From contig JAUCBJ010008438.1 in the NCBI GenBank assembly GCA_032718475.1, positions 1-64,000 on the forward strand: a stretch of 64,000 nucleotides of DNA, given 5' to 3'. Positions within the stretch are counted from its first letter, which is position 1, and each line of letters opens with the position of its first letter. Both the position numbers and the translations under genes were made by a program. Origin of the DNA: Nemertoderma westbladi. Its lineage: Eukaryota > Animalia > Xenacoelomorpha. Below, one piece after another: positions 1 to 9,346 of the stretch. A model generated the notes under the pieces. That model was given only the letters and a program-made list of their open reading frames with translations. It did not search any database and was not told where the DNA came from.

Positions 1-133
1 CTGTCTATTGGAAGGGGCACCTTAAAATGGAGTTAGAGTGGAGTTTAGTCGTCCAAGTTTTGGACTGAGGGGGGTGGGATTGAGGGCGAGACGCCCTTCC
101 CACACAAATAAAATAAAATAAAATAAAAATAAT

Positions 134-880
134 AGTTAGTTAGTTAGTAGGTACGTAGTACCTAGAGTTAGTTAGTTAGTAGGTACGTAGTACCTAGAGT
201 TAGAGAGTTAGTAGGTACGTAGTACCTAGAGTTAGTTAGTTAGTAGGTACGTAGTGCCTAGAGTTAGAGAGTTAGTAGGTACGTAGTACCTAAAGTTAGT
301 TAGTTAGTAGGTACGTAGTGCTTAGAGTTAGAGAGTTAGTAGGTACGTAGTGCCTAGAGTTAGAGAGTTAGTAGGTACGTAGTACCTAAAGTTAGTTAGT
401 TAGTAGGTACGTAGTGCTTAGAGTTAGAGAGTTAGTAGGTACGTAGTACCTAGAGTTAGAGAGTTAGTAGGTACGTAGTACCTAGAGTTAGTTAGTTAGT
501 AGGTACGTAGTGCCTAGAGTTAGAGAGTTAGTAGGTACGTAGTACCTAAAGTTAGTTAGTTAGTAGGTACGTAGTGCCTAGAGTTAGAGAGTTAGTAGGT
601 ACGTAGTGCCTAGAGTTAGAGAGTTAGTAGGTATGTAGTACCTAGAGTTAGAGTTAGAGGGTACGTAGTACCGCTAGTTAGAGTTAGAGTTAGAGGGTAC
701 GTAGTACCGCTAGTTAGAGTTAGAGGGTACGTAGTACCGCCAGTTAGAGTTAGAGTTAGAGGGTACGTAGTACCGCTAGTTAGAGTTAGAGTTAGAGGGT
801 ACATAGTACCGCTAATTAGAGTTAGAGTTAGTAGGTACGTAGTACCGTTAGTTAGAGTTACAGGGTACGTAGTACCATTA
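134..880 (+). repeat. Tandem array of ~23 hairpin units (16 x 32 bp, then ~7 x 30-36 bp); core TAGGTAC-GTA-GTACCTA with (GTTA)n/(GTTAGA)n linkers
   Basis: Core starts at 148, 180, 212 ... 628 (exact 32-bp period); later units keep GGTAC-GTA-GTACC. Confidence 0.95.
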
Positions 881-1371
881 GTTAGAAGAGAGAGAGTAAG
901 AGGTAAAAGGGGTAAATAGGATATAGATATTAGTTAGCAGTAAGTAGAGTTAGTAGCGAGAGGGGGGCATATGAGTACAGCTGGGTAAATCGTGTGGCCA
1001 CACGACGTATACTGCTGTACTGCATAGGCCCACAAAGTAGGCCAGAATATGGATTAGAGAATAGAATAATCCATAGGCAGTAATAGGTAGTAGGACAGTA
1101 GAATTAAAATAAATAGAATAGGGCTGAAAGTTAGAAAATAGTGGCAACACAAGGGAAGTCGTTCTAGAACATAATAAAAGTAACGGACAAAATGAGCCTA
1201 ATTTACTCATTTACTAGCTCCAAAATTAATTAGGTTAAATTTAGGCTAAGAGGCGCAATTAAGTAGAAAGTAGGCCATTGTCGAACCGTACGAAACATCT
1301 TAATACATCACTCATCTGTATTGCGCCTTGGTAAGGCACCACCCTGCAGGTGAGCGAGTGTAGTGTTCGGA

Positions 1372-3843
1372 ATGGCGAGTAAGTTGATCAGGAAGAGGAA
1401 GGCGGAGTCAGGAGGAAAAGAAATACTGGTGGATTTCACCGAAAGACACCCGGAGGAGAAGACGAGAGGATACTACGAGAAGTTGGAAAGGGGTCATGCG
1501 GCACGAGCGCTGCAGGACCACTTCCGGGAGATGCACGAGCAGCGGCTGGTCGGGACCTACGGAACGCCGTCGCTGGACAACGCGATCTTCCAACACTTCC
1601 ACTACGTGGTGAAAGGGGACGAGGCGAAGTTCGGGATTCCGAAGTATCCGAGGGAATCACCAAGGAAGGACTGGAAAAGATTCATAGAGTCCATCAACAG
1701 AGGAGGATATATGATCCTAGATGACGAGGGAACCGTGGAAGACGAAGCGGGTTCGAGACGAGGAACGGCAGGGTCGGCCAGGACCATACTCCTACATTTG
1801 GCCGCGCCAAATGGGGACATCTTCCTATTCGATTTAGGGACGTATGGGAAGAAGGACGGGCCGAAATTAGACCGATTACCGAAAGCGGTACAAGTCTTAG
1901 TAAGGGAGAAGTCGACGACGAAAGTGGGATCGGCGATTCGCGAGGACGCGGAGAGGATCATCGGTCCGGACGCCACCAACCTCCTGGATATGCAGAAAGT
2001 CTTTATGGCTATGACGGCACCGGATGGGTTGGGGCTAGTCGAAAACACAGGCCTATGCGGGGCTGTGGCGATGGGCCAACTATTGGGGCTCGTATGCCAC
2101 AAACCGATGGACTGGGGGAAGTTTAGGGAAGAATACGGAGCAGAACTAGCGAACTCGCTGAAGTGGGGAGCGAGACCGGGAAAGCAGGAGGTATATCAGT
2201 TCCGCAGAGGAGCGATAAAGGTATATCAGAAGCGATATATCCTGCAGGAGGACTGGATGATGATAAGTTTGCTTAACTTATTCATGACCGTAGTCATCGA
2301 GAGGGAACCAGGGGCATTTCTGTTATCGGGATCACCCCTAAGCTGCAGGAGAGCCTTTAAAGTGGCCTTCGACGGTCTGGTAGACCACCCGGGGCTGAAG
2401 GGCGAGTCGGTGTACTACAACAGCCGACATCTGGTAGACGGGGAGACGGATACACCGTATCAGAGATGGGAGCAGCTAGAGGCGGACAGACGAGAAGCAA
2501 AGCGACTGGAAGAAGTCGCTAGACGGGAGAGGATAGAAGCAGAGGAGAGGGAAGAGGAGGCCAGGGCACAGAGTTACGGCTTCGAGGAACAGGCGGGCCT
2601 AGACGAACTTCATTGGACTTCGTCAGGGAGTTCGGGGGAGTCTCTAGGGCGAGAATTGGGATGGACGGTGGGATCGCCGAAACAGTCGACGTCGGGGTTG
2701 CAAACGATGCCCATACCAGCGGGCGCCGAGGGCGACCAACCGCCAAGGAAGCTAAGGGAGCTAGAGGGATGGAGAGCTACGGGCGAGAGCCAAGGCGGGA
2801 AGGGACATAGTGGATCCATCGGGATACCGGGATTGGAGGCACTACCAGAAGAGGAGGACGACGACGACGAGTTCGGAGAGATGCCGCCCATCGAGAGGAT
2901 AGGCCACTCGGACACGGACTGGGTTGGCGGAAGGGTGGTGACGGCCAGTGGGGCGAGGGCCTTCTGGAACAGATCCGGCAAGCGGACCTGGGTGCACGAG
3001 GAGCCAGCGATGGATTTCGCGGGGAGCACCATCAGGTTGGGCGAGCAACCGGGGACGGCACCACGGATAGTATTCGGGGAGACGATGCCCGAGAGGGGCG
3101 GAGAGATCGACGTAAACAGGGAGACCAACGTAGAGAAGTTCGCCTACCAGCGACTCCACAGACCGCGGAGATCGCTTGGGACGAAAGACGAGGTGGGACG
3201 GGAGACATTGGTACTCGGCTGCGACTACTGTGGGAGACAGACCCATCGGGAAAGCAGCTGTCTATACCGGTTCCAAAAGGGAACCTTTTGTCTCTACTGT
3301 AGAGAACCAAGCCACAGGATGGGGGCGTGTCCACGGTTGCATAACCGATGTCCAAAGTGCCACTTTCGGGGACACTACGGACGCGAGTGCGACTGGATGA
3401 ACGACGAGGAGAAGTTCACAAGGTTCGAGGAGTGGGCCGACGTCGGGGCCATGACGCGCCAGCGCATGAAGGCCCAAGAGTTCAAGTGGGGTTTCTTCCT
3501 CATAAACCAGGAGACCCACATGGAAATCATAAAGCGAAGGTTACCGTTTACCTATCAAGAGGTAGCAACGGCGGCGTCGTTCGCCGGAGTTATGAACACG
3601 CAACGGTACCTGGACAGGTGGACACCAGAGAACCGGAGGGAGTTTAGGGATTTCTTGGCGGAACACGTACCAAAGGCAATGAAAATGATCCTATGGGACG
3701 CCACCCGAGGGAGACAACCAGGCCATTCTGAGGGGCCACCGAGCGAAGCGGTATCGGGCATTAATAACACCAGCGCCCAAGGAGCCAACGACCGGGATCA
3801 GCAAGGAAGTGGCGGCGAAGGTCCGAAAGCAGAAAGCGGATGA
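1372..3843 (+). CDS. DEDDy (WRN/EXD2/Mut-7-like) 3'-5' exonuclease plus three CCHC zinc knuckles
   Basis: Uninterrupted ORF (first ATG 1372). Exo I ILDDEG (~1714-1731), LLHLA..IFLFDL, Exo II TKVGSAIREDAE, LLDMQ, Exo III-like QKRYILQED; acidic disordered linker; three CX2CX4HX4C knuckles at 3220-3390. Confidence 0.75.
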   Translation: MASKLIRKRKAESGGKEILVDFTERHPEEKTRGYYEKLERGHAARALQDHFREMHEQRLVGTYGTPSLDNAIFQHFHYVVKGDEAKFGIPKYPRESPRKDWKRFIESINRGGYMILDDEGTVEDEAGSRRGTAGSARTILLHLAAPNGDIFLFDLGTYGKKDGPKLDRLPKAVQVLVREKSTTKVGSAIREDAERIIGPDATNLLDMQKVFMAMTAPDGLGLVENTGLCGAVAMGQLLGLVCHKPMDWGKFREEYGAELANSLKWGARPGKQEVYQFRRGAIKVYQKRYILQEDWMMISLLNLFMTVVIEREPGAFLLSGSPLSCRRAFKVAFDGLVDHPGLKGESVYYNSRHLVDGETDTPYQRWEQLEADRREAKRLEEVARRERIEAEEREEEARAQSYGFEEQAGLDELHWTSSGSSGESLGRELGWTVGSPKQSTSGLQTMPIPAGAEGDQPPRKLRELEGWRATGESQGGKGHSGSIGIPGLEALPEEEDDDDEFGEMPPIERIGHSDTDWVGGRVVTASGARAFWNRSGKRTWVHEEPAMDFAGSTIRLGEQPGTAPRIVFGETMPERGGEIDVNRETNVEKFAYQRLHRPRRSLGTKDEVGRETLVLGCDYCGRQTHRESSCLYRFQKGTFCLYCREPSHRMGACPRLHNRCPKCHFRGHYGRECDWMNDEEKFTRFEEWADVGAMTRQRMKAQEFKWGFFLINQETHMEIIKRRLPFTYQEVATAASFAGVMNTQRYLDRWTPENRREFRDFLAEHVPKAMKMILWDATRGRQPGHSEGPPSEAVSGINNTSAQGANDRDQQGSGGEGPKAESG

Positions 3844-4633
3844 GGCCAGAGGTACGGTGATAACCAAGAAACGGCCCAGGGAAGAGGACATTAGGGGGAA
3901 CTACCCCCGGGGGAACAGATAGGTTCCCGAGAGCCAAGGGAGTGAGACTGAGAATGGGACGTGGGCCGCCTGGAAGGCGCCGCGTGGAACGTACGAACTA
4001 CTCAGTATAAATTTAATTAATGCAAATAATCATATAAGTGCAATTTGTATGTACGTACGTAGTAATTAGCAGTAAAAATACATACGTTTGGAGTAAGTAC
4101 TATAGTCACACAACCTTTTCTCAATTAGCTACTGGGATTGGGGGGATAACTGACTATGGCACTATGGACGAGACACCAGACGATTTCACACTTCTTGAAT
4201 GCGACGGCATGGGAGGGGAGTGAAATTCGTCAGAAGGGATGAGGTAGTCAAAGTGGGGTTGAGGAACGGAGTAAGAGTGCGAAGTGCGGAGAGAGTACGA
4301 ACGCAATTCTAGTGTGGGGGGGGGAGAATAAGAGGCTGAGTGAGGGACGAGGAGGTCCGGGGGTATGAGAGAGTTAGGGTGAGAGTGGAGAGGAGATAGG
4401 GCGAAAGTGTTGGGGAAACAAAAGTCGTGTGAAGAGGTGAGCGCGATCGGCCCGACATGAGACGCCAGGCACACAGGGTAGCGTTATCATACCCATAGGG
4501 GGCGGCCTGGAAAGCCGGCTCCTAGAGAAAAGAATTCCACCCCACACCCGATACTAGATCGGGATCCAGCGGGATTGTAACGCACTTTTAGGTTGATGCT
4601 ATCTTCTTACCGGGAAGATAGCATGGGGGGGAG

Positions 4634-5175
4634 TGTTAGCTTATTCAATCCCGCCAACACCCCATAAAGTTATAAGCCGATAAGCAATATTGGGAGCCAC
4701 GAGATTGGGCAATTAACCAACTCGTGCCATCCCAATAAGAGTGGGAAGGAAGCACACAATAGAGGGTCAGGGGCCAAACCCCCTAACCCAGGGAGAACAG
4801 GTGGAGTGAACGGGAATACTCCACGGGGCGCCAACAAGGGTATTAACCAATCAGAGGGGGGAAAGGCATCGATTGAGTAGCAATAAGGCCACCGTGCAAT
4901 ATAACCAGTAACCTATTAATCAGTGATTCAGTTATCTCAGTGCAGCAGTGCTAGCGTAGGTTGGTAGTCAATTAGTTTAGTTAGGGGATCACGGGACTTT
5001 AGTTACCGTATCCCGCCTTGTACACATTATATCTATATCTATATCCTATGCCCTATTGTTATTATACACCGAACTTCAGAACTCAGTTACTTTATTTCAT
5101 CCTTATACACGGCGGGGACGCGTGGACTAAATTACCACACCGGATAAATCGGGATCCCTCCTGGATCCCGTCACA
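4634..5175 (+). repeat. Putative 3' LTR (542 bp)
   Basis: Begins TGT right after the PPT, ends TCACA; partner LTR not in window. Confidence 0.6.
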
Positions 5176-6399
5176 GGGGGGGTATTTTGAAAATTGTCGA
5201 ATTTTTTTGATCATATGCTGTGCCGAATTTAATGGAGATTTCAAATCTAGAAGTATTTTTTCAATAATTGTATAAGGCCATCTCGTCAGAAAGTCTCCCC
5301 AGGTAAATATGAATAAAATTGCAAATTAAAGGTTTTTTTTTAGCAATGATGAAAAATTTCGTTCAATTTTACATTCATTTTTTACAAAAATTTCTATTGT
5401 CGAAAGCTGCTATAATCTGTATTTGTCCTTTAACTTTAAAACCATTTATCTCATAATCTGTTTCAAATCAGTTTATATTAGTGGATATTGTGCACTCGAC
5501 TGAGTTCAATCTGTAGCCTATTGAAATTTTCATGTTTTTAAATGTAAAACTAAATCAATCCTAACTTTCTAATTGCGGGTGGGGGTGTCCTAATCCAAGG
5601 TCGATTCTCAAAGTACGTTCTCAAACTAAATCTTCCCTTCATAAGGAACAGGTTCACCTTATACAATCTACCACCGCTATAAATTCAGTTACAACTTACA
5701 AGGTTTATAAATTTCATGTCTATTAAATGGAAAATCTTAAAATAACGCAATTTTCATAGTTTTTGCTCATTATAATAGTCGAATACCGCAAAATTTTGGA
5801 AATAGCCCGACGCGTTAAAATAACGCAGTGATGGGAGCCTTTCGCGCTATTTTCTAAGCCAATTTCTGCGTTATGATGATACGGAGTACGTATCGAAAAA
5901 ATACTATGACTACGATATGAAAATTGGATATCGTATCGTATCCTGTCCCAGGGTTGTGCCCAGTGTGGCGGTACCATTCATTTGTCAACCTTCTTATATC
6001 GTCGTAGTTATAACTCTAAAAACTCTTATCAATCTTTGATGAAATGAAACCTGACTTGATACTCTGGTTATTCAACATTACAAATGTTTGGGTTGATCCT
6101 ACTCGCAGCGATTGAATAGTGATTGCGGATGGGAAAAGCCATCAAGGGCTTGTAAACCCCTGTACACAAGGAAAAGTCAGAGGATGCGTTAACACCAACA
6201 AGCAACATTTTTGATGTTTTAGATATAGACGAAAAGATAGCTCTACTGATAAAAAATCAGAGCGACTTTCTTGAGCAGCTTGCCACCACTAGCAGATGTA
6301 TAGTCACTGCAGAAGGAGGGTCTCAGAAGACATCTCTTTGTGAGGTTAAAGTGTCAGGACTGAACATACAGCAGTACCACTTACTGGACAGGTTTTTCA

Positions 6400-7370
6400 G
6401 CGCATGGGTCAGCAGCCACATACGGTGAGAAAAACTCTTCTTCCTACACCTAAATATCCTAATCTATCTCTAATAATACATTGTGTGTACATTGTTCAGC
6501 ACAGTGGTCCTCCATGTCCAAATCCATGTGTCATTCCCGTGCATATATCTCCAACTCGAAATGCATGGTACAAGCTGAATAATAAAAGGGTCAGACATCA
6601 ATTGGAAAACAAAAGATATTGGCAGCACATACGGGATCGTGCTAATAACTTGCTTAAGGTAGTGGCAAGCCGACTTAAGCATCTCATGAACCAGTATAGC
6701 ACTACAACGTGTTGTGAGACAGGGTGGTGTTTTATCTTCGTTATTATTTAACCTCTATCTGGATGATCTGTTTGATCAGCTTCAGGGATCAGTTTTGGGG
6801 TTGCACCTAATCAAGGAGGCTTTCACATTATTTGGGTATGCGTATGATTTACTAATAATGTCGAGTATAAAGACATGCTGAACGCATGTTGAAAAACATG
6901 CTGATGATTAACATGTGAAAATTACTTACAAGCCCACGATTTAGTGCTCAATGTAAAGAAGACACACTATGTGAGAATTACATCAGGGCGAGTCTTTCAA
7001 ATGAAAAAGAAAATATAGTATCACAAGACTTACTAGAACTAGATCCTTACTAGAACTAGATACGTACTAGAATCAACCACAAAATGTATGTATTTAGGGT
7101 TACCCCTGTCTCCTTCCAAACATAATATTAATCATTTTATAAAGAAGATATGGATGAATGGTTCAAAAGATAATACGCGTGGATTAGCAACAGATGATGT
7201 CCCTGTAGACATAATAGCGTTGGTATGGAAAACTATATGCACACCTATATATGTATGGGTCAACTAATACTGATGCGGCCTTAGTTGGGAATCTTGAGAC
7301 TTGGCGAAAAGCTCAAAGATCTCTACTTCGCCTTGGTAATTTATTAACTGTATATTAATCTGCTGAATGA
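6400..7370 (+). pseudogene. Highly decayed non-LTR retrotransposon RT fragment
   Basis: Around 6712-6770 translates VRQGGVLSSLLFNLYLDDL, followed by degenerate GYAYDL (YADD position); many stops and frameshifts; limits approximate. Confidence 0.65.
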
Positions 7371-7417
7371 GCTCTATGAAATACAAACGTTCTCATCTCT
7401 GGTGGTAATATCTAAAG

Positions 7418-8680
7418 GGTGTACGGACAATTCCGACCTGGACAATTGCGACACGGACAATTCAGACCCGGACAATTCCGACCCGGACAATTCCGACCTG
7501 GACAATTCAGACCCGGACAATTCCGACCCGGACAATTCCGACCTGGACAATTCCGACCCGGACAATTCCGACCTGGACAATTGCGACCCGGACAATTCCG
7601 ACCTGGACAATTCAGACCCGGACAATTCCGACCCGGACAATTCCGACCTGGACAATTCAGACCCGGACAATTCCGACCTGGACAATTCAGACCCGGACAA
7701 TTCAGACCCGGACAATTCCGACCTGGACAATTGCGACACGGACAATTCAGACCCGGACAATTCCGACCCGGACAATTCCGACCTGGACAATTCAGACCCG
7801 GACAATTCCGACCCGGACAATTCCGACCTGGACAATTCCGACCCGGACAATTCCGACCTGGACAATTGCGACCCGGACAATTCCGACCTGGACAATTCAG
7901 ACCCGGACAATTCCGACCCGGACAATTCCGACCTGGACAATTCCGACCCGGACAATTCCGACCTGGACAATTGCGACCCGGACAATTCCGACCTGGACAA
8001 TTCAGACCCGGACAATTCAGACCCGGACAATTCCGATCCGGACCATTTCGACCCGGACAATTGCGACCAGGACAATTCCGACAAAAACAATTCCGACCCA
8101 CTTAGAGCTCGAATGAAATTTTCATGGGTCGGAATAGTCCGGGTCGGAATTGTCCGGATCCAGCATAGGACAATTCCGAGCCAAAATAATTTAATAATAA
8201 TTATAAATAAAAATTGTATTTAACATTCCATTGTTTTATTATCAACATAAAATTACATGTCCATACATACAGTATATATTCCATGGATACTTCATGGACG
8301 TTTGCTATGTAATTTTAGAGTTACATACTGTAGTATTTTTCGAATTGCATGTATTCGGTATAGTGTATTTTAGGCACACCCACACCAAATTTTTATAATA
8401 CTAGCTAGTTTTTGCTATTTTTTTAAATGTTCTAAAACGTACAAGCTATCAATTAAAAAAAATAATGGGTGTTCTAGAACATAGATTTTTGTTATTGATT
8501 AGCGGTAATTTATATTAATTATTTTTATTTATTTGTATCCAGACAATTCCGACCTGGGACAATTCCGACCCTGACAATTCCGACCCATGAAAATTTCATT
8601 AGAGTTTTGAATGGGTCGGAATTGTCCGGGTCGCAATTGTTCGAGTCGGAATTGTCCGGGTCGGAATTGTCTTAACTTAC
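7418..8680. mobile_element. Non-autonomous TIR element (MITE-like) with subterminal 15-bp tandem repeats GGACAATTCCGACCC
   Basis: About 45 copies at 7426-8100, inverted copies at ~8125-8157 and ~8612-8671; 8-bp target duplication ATCTAAAG at 7410-7417 and 8681-8688. Confidence 0.8.
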
Positions 8681-9113
8681 ATCTAAAGCAAGGCTAATTC
8701 ACTCAAGCTTTAATTGTGGGAACTGGAAAGTTCAAAACTTGTTTAGTTACCTTTTAGTACAACACCTGGCAGGGAAAGACGACTCCGTACTATTTGCAGA
8801 CTATGTGGTTGGTGGATGGAAACTCGAATCCCCAGCCTTCCGGCACTAGCCACTAGTAAATATTGCCTCCCGTCAATCTTCAAAGGGTTAACAGACAATG
8901 AGGTTACGATGAAGGAACAATTAATATACTACTACATTATTAACATGCTGCGTGGGACTAATATCCCACACCAAGTCAGGAAAAAGTGTGTCCTTGAACT
9001 GTTTAAATCAACATCGGGTTGGGCCGAAAAATAACGGATCGCTGATGTGGATCACTTTTTAAATTTAATCTTTTTAAATAATTTTGTTAAATTGAGAGCG
9101 AGGGAGCTACCAG

Positions 9114-9323
9114 TGTTAGATTAGGCCTAAGGCCTAGTAGGCTACCGGACTAACTGATACATAGATTTAACCGGTACTTGGTGTTGGTAGAATATATTAA
9201 CATATATTATAACATAATAACATATATTATATACCGGTACTTTATAGTCTGGGCATGGAGCCTAATATAGAAGTTATTTGATTATAAACAAACTTATATT
9301 TTGCCATATACTAATCATTAACA
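9114..9323 (+). repeat. 5' LTR of GalEa-like Copia
   Basis: Identical by eye to 14870-15079. Confidence 0.95.
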
Positions 9324-9325
9324 TT

Positions 9326-9337
9326 TGGTAGCAGAGC
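9326..9337 (+). promoter_or_regulatory. Primer binding site (tRNA-Met)
   Basis: TGGTAGCAGAGC 2 nt after the 5' LTR; complementary to the 3' end of initiator tRNA-Met and typical of GalEa elements. Confidence 0.9.
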
Positions 9338-9346
9338 GTGGTTGAA

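Larger units (their letters stand above)
1..5175 (+). mobile_element. Probable 3' portion of an LTR retroelement (internal region, PPT and 3' LTR); 5' part outside window
   Basis: G/A-rich + strand composition through the internal region; polypurine tract GGGGGGGAG (4625-4633) directly followed by TGT...ACA segment (4634-5175); abrupt switch to AT-rich DNA after 5175. Second LTR and pol not visible. Confidence 0.6.

Noticed and set aside
134-880. True telomere or CRISPR array
   Set aside because: No pure TTAGG/TTAGGG tract; linkers are repetitive rather than unique spacers.
1372-3843. Ordinary retroviral Gag
   Set aside because: Knuckles are present but no capsid-like region is recognisable, no protease/pol follows, and the N-terminus carries exonuclease motifs.
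7374-8223. Pentapeptide-repeat ORFs (SELSG, DNSDP, GQFRP, RNCPG)
   Set aside because: Translations of a 15-bp repeat inside a TSD-flanked MITE.
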